Shown piece after piece: positions 11,053-21,434 of a stretch of 64,000 bases of DNA. A program made the position numbers and the translations under genes. Within the stretch, counting starts at the first letter, position 1. Each line of letters starts with the position of its first letter. The DNA is from an uncultured Chthonomonadaceae bacterium (GTDB lineage Bacteria > Armatimonadota > Chthonomonadetes > Chthonomonadales > Chthonomonadaceae), in the NCBI GenBank assembly GCA_963835065.1, contig CAWIEK010000019.1, positions 34,917 through 98,916 on the forward strand, in the 5' to 3' direction. The notes beneath the pieces are model-generated. The model saw nothing but the letters and a program-made list of their open reading frames with translations. It made no database searches and was not told the origin of the DNA.

Positions 11053-12391
11053 ATATTAGCGAACGGATAATCAACCCACTGTACAACTTGGGATAAAAGA
11101 AGGTGGACTTTTGCGGCATTTTGTCGCCTTCGGAAGCCACGTCGCGCACCTCGGTCACGGTGGGGTTTTGCAGCAGGCAGGCCAGTTGGAACTCGCCCGA
11201 CTGCACCTTTTGCACGGCTTCTTCCTCGTCGCGGGTGTAGGCTACGTCGGGCGTGTGCGCGAGTTCCTGCCAACTGATGCCCAAACAGCGGTCCAAAACC
11301 AGCGTTTGCAGAATGGTCACGTCGAGATGCTTCCACGCCGCGCAATGCGAATTGTCCATCGCCGCTTCCGCCTGCGCCGGGTCGCGCAGAATAAGGCCGT
11401 ATGCTTTGCCGGGCAGCACAATGCCGAACCGCTTCTCCCCTTCTATTTGCTGCTTGATCCACGTCCGCAGATCGGGAATGGACATAAAATGGATGTGGAA
11501 ATACCGCTCCAATTGCAGCGGCAAATCCTCCATACGCGCCGGGGCGATGTTCTTGACCAGCCGATGCGTCGGCAGCACCACCATGCCGGCGTCTTCAAAC
11601 GCGCTCAAACCAATGAGGATGAAGTCAGAAGGGGCAGTTGATAGTTGATAGTTGATAGTTGATAGGGAATCCTCTGCTGTTCCCTTTTCCCTCTGATAGT
11701 TGAGCGCCGTCTCATACCGATGGTGGCCGTCGGCGATCCAGACGCGCTGCGGGGCGAAAAAGGCTTCCAGTTCGGACAGAAGAGTGGGGTCAGTGTGGCG
11801 GTAAATAAGGTGCTGTTCCACATCGCGGCCGGTTTTGCCGGGCAGGTTGGCTTGCAGCAGGGGCGGCGTGTCGGCGCGGGATTGGCGCAGTTTTTGTACG
11901 ACGGTTTGGCCGGGATCGGCGTACAGGCCGTAAATAGGTTCGGGGTTGGCCTGGGTAGCGCGCATCAGTTCCAGACGGTCGGCTTTGGCTTTGGGGTGCG
12001 TTTCTTCATGGGGCAGGACGACGCCATTGGCATACGGCTCCAGTTTCAGCGCGACAAACAGCGTGGTTCGCTCCACAATTTGCGTGGGGTCAAGCGGATG
12101 CTCGAACCGCTGAATGTACTCGTACAATCCGGGCGCGTCGTCCTGCGCCAACACGCCCCGTTCCAGCGCGTCGCGCAGAAAGGCGTTGGCGCGGGTGTAG
12201 CGGTTGTTGTCCGGCGTGTCAGCGGGCGTTTCCTTGTTGAGCATCAAGCGAACGATATTGTCGGGGTGGCGGGCGTAGAGTTCGTCCTGTTGCGCGGGTG
12301 AAAGCACGTCATACGGCGGCGCGATAACCAGATCGAGCGGCACACGAGCGGGAGCGTAATGAATTGCGGCAAAAGGAGCGATTTGCGCCAT
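11051..12391 (-). CDS. DUF1015 family protein
   Basis: APPYDV, LPHEET, IADGHHRYETA, LPTHR, MPQKSTFFYPK. Confidence 0.92.
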   Translation of the reverse strand: MAQIAPFAAIHYAPARVPLDLVIAPPYDVLSPAQQDELYARHPDNIVRLMLNKETPADTPDNNRYTRANAFLRDALERGVLAQDDAPGLYEYIQRFEHPLDPTQIVERTTLFVALKLEPYANGVVLPHEETHPKAKADRLELMRATQANPEPIYGLYADPGQTVVQKLRQSRADTPPLLQANLPGKTGRDVEQHLIYRHTDPTLLSELEAFFAPQRVWIADGHHRYETALNYQREKGTAEDSLSTINYQLSTAPSDFILIGLSAFEDAGMVVLPTHRLVKNIAPARMEDLPLQLERYFHIHFMSIPDLRTWIKQQIEGEKRFGIVLPGKAYGLILRDPAQAEAAMDNSHCAAWKHLDVTILQTLVLDRCLGISWQELAHTPDVAYTRDEEEAVQKVQSGEFQLACLLQNPTVTEVRDVASEGDKMPQKSTFFYPKLYSGLIIRSLI

Positions 12392-12860
12392 AGTTTGGGT
12401 CTTCTTTCCGTATCGGAGGGTGATTGTTGATAAATTAATGCAGGTCGAATTTGTTGAAAATGCCGCGCAGGAAGCGGGCAAGTGTCTTCATTATACCGCG
12501 AACTGGCGTTCACGCTAAAAATAAGACACCTGGAAGCAAAGAAAAATGCGCTCCGTCGAGCAAAACGGGAACATTATTTTCACCGCTTACGTCATGCTCC
12601 TACCCGATTCCAGTAATAAACGAGATAATTCCCGTTTGCGGCGCAGATAAGCAGGAAAATGCCCGATGATTGAGGAATATACCCCCTGACAACATATCGC
12701 CCTTGACGCAATTGTAAATTAACCCTGTTCCATCGCGCAATAAAGCGGCGCAATCAGGTATTCTTTGCAGAATATCCTGCTTTCTTCCGAAATTCCTTGT
12801 GAAACAAAGCAAGCCCATTTGAAACGCGCATTGAACAGAACCCTGTGGAGGAACGAACCT

Positions 12861-13739
12861 TTGAAAACCAACATGCAACGTAACCTGATGTGTGCCTTTA
12901 CCGGCATCCTTAGCCTGGCCGTCGTCGGAACCCTGACCACGCCCGCCAACGCGCAGGCCAAAATGAAGAAGCAGAAGAGCGCTCCGATGAAAAAAGACAG
13001 CATGATGAAGAGCGACAACATGCAGGGCAACATGATGGACAAGAACACCAGCGCCGAAGAGCGCCGGATGCAGACGCTGGGCGAAAAGTTCGGCGACTAC
13101 AAGTTTGTGGATCCCGCGCCCCTGAACTATCCGATGGCCGCGCCCGCAACTCTGGACGTCTACCATTTCGAGACTTACAGGGGTGACCATATCATGCCCG
13201 GCTCCGCTCATGATGCCCGCATGGACAAGATGATGATGACGGACAAGAACATGATGAAGGGCGATAAGATGATGGGGCATGGCATGACGCGCCAGGCGTA
13301 TCGTGACGATCCCTTCACCGCCGACCCCGCGCCCGTCAACTATCCGCTTGCCGCGCCCGCAACCCTGGATGTCTATACCTTCACCGACTACTCGATGAAC
13401 AAAATCACGCCCGCCAACACCCTCGACACCCGGATGGACAAGCAGATGATGAAGGACACCATGGTTCCCACGAGCCGCGTGTTCAATCGCCAGTCCTACT
13501 ACGATGACCCGTTCACCGCCGATCCCGCGCCGGTCAATTACCCGCTCGCCGCGCCGGCCAGTCTGGACCTGTATCACTTCCGCACCTACCAGATGAATGA
13601 ACTCCGCTCAGGCTCTGTGACGGATACGCGCATGGATAAGCAGATGATGCGCGACAACATGACGCCCGGCAGCGGCAAAATGGACAGCACCATGAAGTCG
13701 GGCGGCACCACAAAGAAGGCCGGCAAGACGAAAAAGTAG
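12861..13739 (+). CDS. Secreted Met-rich protein with three ~60-aa internal repeats
   Basis: Signal peptide ending ANA-Q; MKKDSMMK segments; three copies of DPAP(L/V)NYP(M/L)AAPA(T/S)LD(V/L)Y..RMDK.MM; GGAGG RBS before TTG. Confidence 0.8.
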   Translation: MKTNMQRNLMCAFTGILSLAVVGTLTTPANAQAKMKKQKSAPMKKDSMMKSDNMQGNMMDKNTSAEERRMQTLGEKFGDYKFVDPAPLNYPMAAPATLDVYHFETYRGDHIMPGSAHDARMDKMMMTDKNMMKGDKMMGHGMTRQAYRDDPFTADPAPVNYPLAAPATLDVYTFTDYSMNKITPANTLDTRMDKQMMKDTMVPTSRVFNRQSYYDDPFTADPAPVNYPLAAPASLDLYHFRTYQMNELRSGSVTDTRMDKQMMRDNMTPGSGKMDSTMKSGGTTKKAGKTKK

Positions 13740-13820
13740 GTACTACCGGAAAGTTTGCCGTTTTGCTGAAATTTTGCTTGCAGAAACCGGCTTGCCTGTG
13801 GTAACATAATAACAATCATT

Positions 13821-13931
13821 CTGGTTGACGAACGCGAGGGACTGCAAACGCAGTTCGGCGCTTTTGTAGGCCAGCATCCTTACGGGACTGCCGTTTCGGC
13901 AAGACTCGGCAGCGATGCTGGCCTTTTGTTT
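13821..13931 (+). promoter_or_regulatory. Candidate attenuator/riboswitch leader with overlapping antiterminator and terminator
   Basis: AGGCCAGCATC (13868-13878) pairs with GATGCTGGCCT (13914-13924), followed by a T-run. CTGGTTGACGAA (13821) can alternatively pair with TTTGTAGGCCAG. Confidence 0.55.
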
Positions 13932-13961
13932 GCTTTGGATGCCCGTTTTGGATGACACCCG

Positions 13962-14336
13962 ATGAGCCGACCGACAAAGGGAACGCTGGAAGCCGAAGTC
14001 GCCAATGCCGTCACGCGATTCCATCGGGAACAGCAGGGACGCGGGCCGACAGATGTACGCGCGCACCTTCTTGGCGATTTAATTCTGGTGCGCTGCGCCG
14101 GGATTTTCACGCCGACAGAAGCGCGGCTCGCGGTCACGGACGAGGGCCGCAGGCTCATCAAAAGCGCGCGGCAGGAGTTGCGCAGTATCAACCATCTGGA
14201 AATCGAAGGCGTGGTTGCCACCCTAGCCAATTGCCCGGTATTGCGCAGTTATTGCGACATCAACACCGACGCCGGGGAACAGATGGAAGTGTACGTGCTG
14301 GAAGCCGACGTAGAAAAACGCTTGCTGCGCCAGTAA
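13962..14336 (+). CDS. DUF2294 / MpsC-family protein
   Basis: KGTLEAEVANA..F.REQQGRGP..V..GIFTPTE..L..EGRRLIKSARQEL..DINTDAGE. Confidence 0.85.
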   Translation: MSRPTKGTLEAEVANAVTRFHREQQGRGPTDVRAHLLGDLILVRCAGIFTPTEARLAVTDEGRRLIKSARQELRSINHLEIEGVVATLANCPVLRSYCDINTDAGEQMEVYVLEADVEKRLLRQ

Positions 14337-14607
14337 CAAGGCGCGTTCGTAGGGGCATGATTTATCGCGCCCGCGCCTGCTGCGTTCATCGCGCCCGCGC
14401 CTGCTGCGTCCGTATAACAATTTCATACAAACCATGCGGTTGCCATGCAGAAGGGTAAATTTCACGCTTACCCGTCCAAGCGGAGGCCGAAGTTCGCAGA
14501 CTTAGGAACGTTTTCGCGTTCCGAATGTCTGCGCGACTTCGGCCTCTTTTGCGTTTTACGCCTACTCTTGCCCAATCATGTGAGGCGAAAAGGAGCCATG
14601 AAGTACC

Positions 14608-14691
14608 ATGCAGGACATTCTTTACACAGTCGTGGTTGTCGTTTTCTTTGCGGCCAGCGCCGCTTATGTGCGCGGCTGCGACAAACTTTGA
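14608..14691 (+). CDS. Small hydrophobic peptide preceding kdpF (27 aa)
   Basis: Hand translation MQDILYTVVVVVFFAASAAYVRGCDKL*; resembles peptides commonly seen upstream of kdpF. Confidence 0.75.
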   Translation: MQDILYTVVVVVFFAASAAYVRGCDKL

Positions 14692-14703
14692 GGAGAAACG
14701 ATC

Positions 14704-14790
14704 ATGTTTGATTATCTTTGGACGGGCGGGGTCGCCCTTCTCCTCCTCGTCTATCTGCTTTACGCGCTGCTGAAGCCGGAGCGCTTTTAG
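14704..14790 (+). CDS. kdpF: K+-transporting ATPase subunit F
   Basis: Hand translation MFDYLWTGGVALLLLVYLLYALLKPERF*; GAGGAG RBS. Confidence 0.95.
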   Translation: MFDYLWTGGVALLLLVYLLYALLKPERF

Positions 14791-14792
14791 GG

Positions 14793-14870
14793 AGTTGATA
14801 GTTGATGGTTGATAGTTGATAGTCCGAAACTTCTGTATCTCTATCAACTATCAACTATCAACTATCAACT
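14793..14870. repeat. Heptamer-armed palindrome (GTTGATA)n ... (TATCAAC)n
   Basis: Directly visible between kdpF and kdpA. Confidence 0.9.
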
Positions 14871-14882
14871 AAGGGGACTCTT

Positions 14883-16748
14883 ATGACACCCAATGGCGTC
14901 ATCCAAATTCTGTTGTACTTCGCGCTGATTATGCTGGTCACAAAACCGCTCGGCGCGTACATGGTCAAGGTGTTTGAAGGCGAACGAACGCTGCTCTCGC
15001 CCCTCTTTCGCCCCATCGAGAAGCTGTTTTACGGCATGTTCGGGGTGCGCGAAGAAGAGGATATGAAGTGGACGACGTATGCCTTCGCCATGCTGATGTT
15101 CAGTGTGGTCGGCCTGCTGTTTACCTATGTCCTGCTGCGTTTTCAGGGGCATTTGCCCTTCAACCCTAAAGGTTTCAGCGGCAAGGACATGACGCCTGAC
15201 CTGGCGTTCAACACGGCGGGGTCGTTCACGACCAACACCAACTGGCAAGCGTATGTGCCGGAAACAACCATCAGTTATTTTTCCAACATGGTGTCGCTTG
15301 CCATTCACAACTGGATGTCGGCGGCGACGGGCATGGCGATTGCCATTGCGCTTGTGCGTGGCTTTGCGCGGCGTTCCGCGCAGGGCATCGGCAACTTCTG
15401 GGTGGACATGATGCGCAGTACGCTGTACATCCTGCTGCCCCTGAGTTTTATTGCGGCTTTGCTGTTCGTGTGGCAGGGCGTGCCGCAGAATTTCAGCGCG
15501 TACACCGATGTGAAGACGCTGGAAGGCGCGGCGCAGGCGATTGCGCAGGGACCGGTCGCTTCGCAGGAAGCGATTAAGATGCTTGGCACGAACGGCGGCG
15601 GATTCTTCAACGCCAACAGCGCGCACCCGTTTGAGAACCCGACGCCGCTTGCCAACCTGTTCCAAATGTTCCTGATTTTCTGCATCCCCGCCGGCCTGAC
15701 GTACACATTCGGCAAGATGGTGGGCAACACCAAACAGGGATGGGCGCTGTTCGCAGCCATGTCCGCCATGTTCTTTACGGGCGTGTTCGTATGCTACGGA
15801 GCCGAATCGAAAGGCGTTCCTACAGCCGTAGAGGCTGCGCATATTCTGACGGTGGATACGGGCACACAGCCCGGCGGCAACATGGAGGGCAAGGAAACCC
15901 GCTTCGGAATCGCCAACTCCGCCCTGTTCGCAACCATTACGACGGACGCAAGCTGTGGCGCGGTCAACAGTATGCACGACAGCTACACGCCGCTTGGCGG
16001 CATGGTTCCCCTGTTCAACATTATGACGGGCGAGGTGATTTTTGGCGGCGTGGGCGCGGGGCTATACGGCATGTTGATGTACGCCGTAATCGCGGTCTTC
16101 ATTGCCGGCCTGATGGTCGGGCGGACGCCGGAGTATCTGGGCAAGAAGATCGAGCAGTATGAGGTGAAAATGGCGATGCTGGCCGTTCTCGTTCTGGCTG
16201 CCGACATCCTGTGCTTTACGGCCATTTCCACCAACCTGAATATCGCGCCGGGAGCCACATCGCAGACGTTTACTGACAAGCAGACAGCCGACGAAGACAA
16301 GCTGACGCAGCAATTCCCGTCCGCGCAATGGAACCACGTCAACAACAGCAGTCCGAGCAACTACTACGGCGCGACGTACAACAACCAGAACAACAGCGGG
16401 GCGCACGGCTTCTCGGAAATCCTGTACGCCTACACGTCGGCAACCGGCAACAACGGTTCGGCCTTCGCGGGCATCACAGCCAACACGCCGTACTACAACC
16501 TGACGATTGGCATCGCCCTGCTCATCGGGCGCTTTATGATGATTATTCCGCTCCTGGCGATGGCGGGCAGCCTGGCAAAGAAGAAACTGGTGCCGGCATC
16601 GGCGGGCACGTTCCCGACAGATAGCGCGACGTTTACCGTCCTGCTCGTCGGCGTGATCCTTATCGTGGGCGCCCTGACCTTCTTCCCGGCTCTGGCGCTA
16701 GGTCCAATCGTGGAACACTTCCAGATGCTTGGCGGAAAGACGTTTTGA
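14883..16748 (+). CDS. kdpA: K+-transporting ATPase subunit A
   Basis: [37 protein letters not shown]. Confidence 0.98.
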   Translation: MTPNGVIQILLYFALIMLVTKPLGAYMVKVFEGERTLLSPLFRPIEKLFYGMFGVREEEDMKWTTYAFAMLMFSVVGLLFTYVLLRFQGHLPFNPKGFSGKDMTPDLAFNTAGSFTTNTNWQAYVPETTISYFSNMVSLAIHNWMSAATGMAIAIALVRGFARRSAQGIGNFWVDMMRSTLYILLPLSFIAALLFVWQGVPQNFSAYTDVKTLEGAAQAIAQGPVASQEAIKMLGTNGGGFFNANSAHPFENPTPLANLFQMFLIFCIPAGLTYTFGKMVGNTKQGWALFAAMSAMFFTGVFVCYGAESKGVPTAVEAAHILTVDTGTQPGGNMEGKETRFGIANSALFATITTDASCGAVNSMHDSYTPLGGMVPLFNIMTGEVIFGGVGAGLYGMLMYAVIAVFIAGLMVGRTPEYLGKKIEQYEVKMAMLAVLVLAADILCFTAISTNLNIAPGATSQTFTDKQTADEDKLTQQFPSAQWNHVNNSSPSNYYGATYNNQNNSGAHGFSEILYAYTSATGNNGSAFAGITANTPYYNLTIGIALLIGRFMMIIPLLAMAGSLAKKKLVPASAGTFPTDSATFTVLLVGVILIVGALTFFPALALGPIVEHFQMLGGKTF

Positions 16749-16751
16749 GGA

Positions 16752-16860
16752 GGTAGACGGTAGACGGTAGACGGTAGACAGTAGGAACTCCCTCCACTTA
16801 CTGTTTAGTTTAACATAAACGCGAGGAATGTCCTACCGTCTACCGTCTACCTCCCTACCC
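16752..16860. repeat. Heptamer-armed palindrome (GGTAGAC)n ... (GTCTACC)n
   Basis: Between kdpA and kdpB. Confidence 0.85.
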
Positions 16861-16871
16861 GGAGATTACCA

Positions 16872-18998
16872 ATGGCTACTCAAATGCAGACGCCGACCCC
16901 GATTGTAGGCGGGACGCCCGGCGGTTTCCATAAACCCAAAAATGCCCCGAAGTCTTTGTTTGACCCGGCGATTATGAAGCGCGCGGCGGGGGATGCTTTC
17001 AAAAAACTCGATCCGCGACTGGTGGCGAAGAACCCGGTCATGTTTGTGGTCGAAGTCGGCAGCGTGATTACCACCTACTACTGGATTAAGGGATTGGTCA
17101 CGCACGACGGCACGGCGCTGTTTGTCGGGCAGGTATCGCTGTGGCTGTGGTTCACCGTCCTGTTCGCCAACTTCGCGGAAGCGATGGCGGAAGGCCGGGG
17201 TAAGGCGCAGGCCGACACGCTGCGCAAAGCCAAAACCGACGCGGTAGCGCGGCGATTGGCGGGCGGCAATCTGAAGGGCGAAGAAGAGCGCGTAGCCGGT
17301 ACGCAGTTGCGCAAGGGTGATCTTGTCGTCTGCGAAGTCAACGACGTGATCCCCGGCGACGGCGAAGTGATAGACGGCATTGCCAGCGTGGACGAATCGG
17401 CGATTACGGGAGAATCCGCGCCGGTTATCCGCGAATCGGGCGGCGACCGGAGCGCGGTCACGGGCGGAACCAAAGTGCTTTCGGATCGCATCGTGATTCG
17501 CATCACTTCCAATCCCGGCGAAACGTTTATTGACCGCATGATCGCGCTTGTCGAGGGCGCGCAGCGGCAGAAGACGCCGAATGAAATCGCGCTTTCCATT
17601 CTGCTGTCCGGCCTGACGATTGTGTTTTTGCTGGCAACCGTCACGCTCCAGCCGTATGCCATTTACAGCGTTCGCTCGGCGGGCAGCGGTTCGCCGCCCA
17701 CGATTACGGTTTTGATTTCGCTGCTTGTATGCTTGATACCGACCACGATTGGCGGGCTGCTGTCGGCCATCGGTATCGCGGGCATGGATCGCGTCATGCA
17801 GCACAACGTTCTTGCCATGTCGGGCAAAGCCGTAGAAGCGGCGGGTGACGTGAACACCCTGCTGCTGGACAAAACCGGAACCATTACATTAGGAAACCGG
17901 CAGGCGTCGGAATTCATTCCGCTTCCGGGCGTCAACATCAACGAACTGGCGGACGCGGCGCAGCTCTCTTCCCTTGCGGACGAAACGCCGGAAGGCCGCA
18001 GCATCGTCGTCCTGGCGAAAGACAAATACGGCCTGCGCGAACGGCAACTGAGCGCAAATGAAGCCGAATTCGTGCCCTTCACGGCGCAAACCCGCATGTC
18101 GGGCGTGAACATGAACGGAACGCAGGTGCGCAAGGGCGCAGCGGCAAGCGTGGCATCATGGGTGCAGGAGCAGGGTGGGAGCGTTCCCGCCGAACTCGAC
18201 GAGATCGTGACCCGTATCTCCTCGCTTGGCGGTACGCCGCTGACCGTCGCCGTCAACAACAAGCCGCTTGGCGTTATCTACCTGAAAGACATTGTCAAGG
18301 GCGGGATGCGGGAACGGTTCGATCAGATGCGGGCGATGGGCATCAAAACCGTGATGATTACGGGCGACAACCCGCTGACGGCGAAAGCCATTGCCGAAGA
18401 AGCGGGCGTAGACGATTTTCTCGCGCAGGCTACGCCCGAAAACAAGATGGACTTGATTAAAAAGGAGCAGCAGGGCGGCAAACTGGTCGCCATGACGGGC
18501 GACGGCACGAACGACGCCCCCGCGCTGGCGCAGGCCGATGTCGGCGTCGCCATGAACACGGGTACGCAGGCCGCGAAAGAAGCGGGCAACATGGTGGACT
18601 TGGACTCCAACCCCACCAAACTGATTGAAATTGTGGAAATCGGCAAGCAGTTGCTCATGACGCGGGGCGCGCTGACCACGTTCAGCATCGCAAACGATGT
18701 GGCGAAATACTTTGCCATCATCCCGGCCATGTTCGTTGTCACGTACCCGGCCCTGAACCGGCTCAACATCATGCACCTGAGCAACCCGAATTCGGCAGTG
18801 CTGTCGGCGGTTATTTTCAACGCCCTGATTATCATCGCGCTGATTCCGCTGGCTCTGCGCGGAATCGCGTACAAGCCGATGGGCGCGGCGCAAGTCCTGC
18901 GCCGCAACCTGATGCTCTACGGCGTCGGCGGCCTGATTATCCCGTTCCCCGGTATCTGGATTATTGATCGCTTGCTTGTGCTGCTGCATTTAGCGTAG
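16872..18998 (+). CDS. kdpB: K+-transporting ATPase subunit B (P-type ATPase)
   Basis: [21 protein letters not shown]. Confidence 0.99.
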   Translation: MATQMQTPTPIVGGTPGGFHKPKNAPKSLFDPAIMKRAAGDAFKKLDPRLVAKNPVMFVVEVGSVITTYYWIKGLVTHDGTALFVGQVSLWLWFTVLFANFAEAMAEGRGKAQADTLRKAKTDAVARRLAGGNLKGEEERVAGTQLRKGDLVVCEVNDVIPGDGEVIDGIASVDESAITGESAPVIRESGGDRSAVTGGTKVLSDRIVIRITSNPGETFIDRMIALVEGAQRQKTPNEIALSILLSGLTIVFLLATVTLQPYAIYSVRSAGSGSPPTITVLISLLVCLIPTTIGGLLSAIGIAGMDRVMQHNVLAMSGKAVEAAGDVNTLLLDKTGTITLGNRQASEFIPLPGVNINELADAAQLSSLADETPEGRSIVVLAKDKYGLRERQLSANEAEFVPFTAQTRMSGVNMNGTQVRKGAAASVASWVQEQGGSVPAELDEIVTRISSLGGTPLTVAVNNKPLGVIYLKDIVKGGMRERFDQMRAMGIKTVMITGDNPLTAKAIAEEAGVDDFLAQATPENKMDLIKKEQQGGKLVAMTGDGTNDAPALAQADVGVAMNTGTQAAKEAGNMVDLDSNPTKLIEIVEIGKQLLMTRGALTTFSIANDVAKYFAIIPAMFVVTYPALNRLNIMHLSNPNSAVLSAVIFNALIIIALIPLALRGIAYKPMGAAQVLRRNLMLYGVGGLIIPFPGIWIIDRLLVLLHLA

Positions 18999-19009
18999 AG
19001 GAGTTCTCC

Positions 19010-19666
19010 ATGTTCCAACAATTACGCGCCGCTGTGGTCAGCGTGCTTGTCATTACGGTATTGACGGGGTTGATTTTCCCCTTTGTGATTACGGGTATTG
19101 CCAGAGTGATTTTTCCCCGGCAGGCGAACGGCAGCCTGATCGAGCAGGATGGGAAAGTGGTCGGTTCGGCTTTAATCGGGCAGAACTTCGCCGCGCCCGG
19201 TTACTTTCATCCGCGCCCTTCGGCGGCAGGCAACGGCTACGATGCGGCCAACTCCAGCGGCACGAACCTGGGGCCGACGAGCGACAAACTGATTAACGGC
19301 ATCCACAAGAAGACGGCGGACGGCAAGGACGATCCGGGCAACTTCGACGGTATCAAAGACCTGGCCGACGCTTACCGCAAGGAAAACAATCTGCCTGCCA
19401 CGCAGGACTTGCCTTCCGACGCCGTGACCCGCTCCGCCAGCGGCCTGGACCCGGAAATCAGCCCCGCCAATGCCGCCCTGCAAATCGGGCGCGTCGCCAA
19501 ACAACGCGGCCTGGGCGAAGATCAGGTGAAGAAACTGGTGGACGACAATACGGCGGGACGGCAACTCGGCATTTTGGGCGAACCCCGCGTCAACGTCCTG
19601 AAACTGAATCTCGCGGTGGATCAGGCCGCGCCCGGCAAAGCCGGCGTAACGCCGCCGAGTCCGTAA
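19010..19666 (+). CDS. kdpC: K+-transporting ATPase subunit C
   Basis: QANGSLI, YFHPRPSA, SASGLDPEIS, EPRVNVL.LN. Confidence 0.98.
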   Translation: MFQQLRAAVVSVLVITVLTGLIFPFVITGIARVIFPRQANGSLIEQDGKVVGSALIGQNFAAPGYFHPRPSAAGNGYDAANSSGTNLGPTSDKLINGIHKKTADGKDDPGNFDGIKDLADAYRKENNLPATQDLPSDAVTRSASGLDPEISPANAALQIGRVAKQRGLGEDQVKKLVDDNTAGRQLGILGEPRVNVLKLNLAVDQAAPGKAGVTPPSP

Positions 19667-19740
19667 CCGTTCAAATGAAGTAAAACCGGCCATCCATACA
19701 ATTATTTTGAGTTTCTACGAAGGAGTAGACGGAGAGAACG

Positions 19741-21156
19741 ATGAAGAAGGTATTGAGGACAAGCGCAAATTTCATTCGGAGCGACAAGGCAGGCGCATTG
19801 CTGACTGCCCTGCTGCTTACCATGACGGCAACAGCAAAGGCGGAGGAGACCGCCGCCAAACAGGACAAAACCGCAGCCGCGTCAACCCAGGCCGCGCCCG
19901 CGCAGACCAACCCGCCGCAGACGAGTACGCCGCCGCAGAAACCCGCCGAAGGCCAGCCTGCCGCGCCCGCTCCGGCCACGCCTGCTTCGCCTGCGCCGGG
20001 AACCGTCACGTACTCCGGGCTGATTGACGTGTACTTCGGCATCAATGCCCGCGCCCCCTACAGCAACGGTCCTTCGCCCTTCGGCGGCCATGCCTTCACC
20101 GGGCTGATCTTCCCCAACGGCGAACGCTTCGGCATTGACAACGTGGGACGCTCCTTCGATGTCAATGACCGCGATCCCAGTTTCAGCCTGGGCGAGTTCA
20201 ACATCAGCCGCACGGAAGGCAAGGGCTTTCCATTTGGCGTGACGGCCACGCTCACGACGGGCGACACGGCTCGCCTCGTGCATGCGACGGAACCCGGCGG
20301 CACGAGCAGTTGGCAGAACTTGCAGCAGTTGTACCTGACCAAGACCATCCATGCGGGAGGGCGCGACATTGCCCTGGACGGCGGCATCTTCGTGACGCCG
20401 CTGGGCTTGGAAGTGATTGAAAGCACCAGCAACGACAACTACTCGCGCAGCTTCGGCTTCCAGTACGGCGTTCCCTTCTACCATGCGGGCTTTCGCGCCA
20501 CTCTGCCCCTGTCGTCCAAATTGACGCTGTTGGGCGCGATTGTCAATGGCTGGAACAACATCGCCGATGATGGGGACGGCAAAACCGGCATTGGACAACT
20601 GACGTGGAAGCCCACAAGCACGTTCACGGGCATTTTGGGTTTCATCGGCGGCACGGAAGGCACAGGCGCGTATGGTCCCATCCTCGCTCCCAAGAACCAG
20701 GCGGGCATCAACACCTACGTGTACGAGGCGCAGGGCATTTATCAGGCCACTCCCGCCCTCAAACTCTCCGGCATCGTGGACTACGGCACGGCTGCGGGGC
20801 ACACGCTGGTGACAACCGCCGCCGGAGCCAGCGGGCAGGCGCATGTGTCGGGCACGTGGCTTGGGTTGGGCGGGTATGCGCGGTATCAGTTCACGCCGCG
20901 CCTTGCTCTTGCCGGACGCATCGAGCAGTTTGATGACAACGCAGGCGCGGGCGGCATCGGACTGCGAACCGGGGGCTTAGGGTACAACCGCCTGCGCGAA
21001 GGAACGGTCACGCTGGAGTACGCTTTCCTGCGCGGCCATCTCATCTCGCGCCTGGAGTACCGCCACGACGCTTCCAATCAGTCCTTCTTCGGCGCGGGAA
21101 CCAACACAGCCCGCGATCAAGATACCATCTACGGCAGCGCCGCGTACAAATTCTAG
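19741..21156 (+). CDS. Outer-membrane beta-barrel porin (DUF1597/BBP2-like)
   Basis: Signal peptide, Pro/Ala linker, G.EVIES..N.NYSRS, PFYHAG, RLEYRHD, terminal YKF. Confidence 0.8.
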   Translation: MKKVLRTSANFIRSDKAGALLTALLLTMTATAKAEETAAKQDKTAAASTQAAPAQTNPPQTSTPPQKPAEGQPAAPAPATPASPAPGTVTYSGLIDVYFGINARAPYSNGPSPFGGHAFTGLIFPNGERFGIDNVGRSFDVNDRDPSFSLGEFNISRTEGKGFPFGVTATLTTGDTARLVHATEPGGTSSWQNLQQLYLTKTIHAGGRDIALDGGIFVTPLGLEVIESTSNDNYSRSFGFQYGVPFYHAGFRATLPLSSKLTLLGAIVNGWNNIADDGDGKTGIGQLTWKPTSTFTGILGFIGGTEGTGAYGPILAPKNQAGINTYVYEAQGIYQATPALKLSGIVDYGTAAGHTLVTTAAGASGQAHVSGTWLGLGGYARYQFTPRLALAGRIEQFDDNAGAGGIGLRTGGLGYNRLREGTVTLEYAFLRGHLISRLEYRHDASNQSFFGAGTNTARDQDTIYGSAAYKF

Positions 21157-21272
21157 TTTGCAGCGTATAAATAGCCGTAGAGAGTCGGTGAGGCAATGCA
21201 GATGCCTATCCGATAACGATGTGTCGTAATGTCGGCGAGGTTTTTACCTGCGCCAGAAAGGGGGTAACGCAG

Positions 21273-21338
21273 ATGTCCAAGAAGAAAGACGATAAGAAGG
21301 GAAAGAAGAAGGGCGACAAGAAAGGTAAGAAGAAATAA
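21273..21338 (+). CDS. Putative 21-aa lysine-rich peptide
   Basis: MSKKKDDKKGKKKGDKKGKKK* after a GAAAGGGGG RBS. Confidence 0.5.
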   Translation: MSKKKDDKKGKKKGDKKGKKK

Positions 21339-21343
21339 CTTCT

Positions 21344-21422
21344 AGGTATCAGGTGTCAGGTGTCAGGTGTCAGGAAATGAATACTCTTATCCTGACACCT
21401 GACACCTGACACCTGACACCTG
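21344..21422. repeat. Heptamer-armed palindrome (AGGTGTC)n ... (CCTGACA)n
   Basis: Directly visible; same family at 24902-25015. Confidence 0.9.
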
Positions 21423-21434
21423 CAAAGGCTGTGC

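Noticed and set aside
12600..13577. 325-aa His/Val-rich minus-strand ORF
   Set aside because: Antisense shadow of the Met-rich repeat gene, which has the signal peptide and RBS.
14364..14409. 22-bp tandem duplicate as an operator for kdp
   Set aside because: It is contiguous with a GTAG-type REP (14349) and more simply explained as REP decay.
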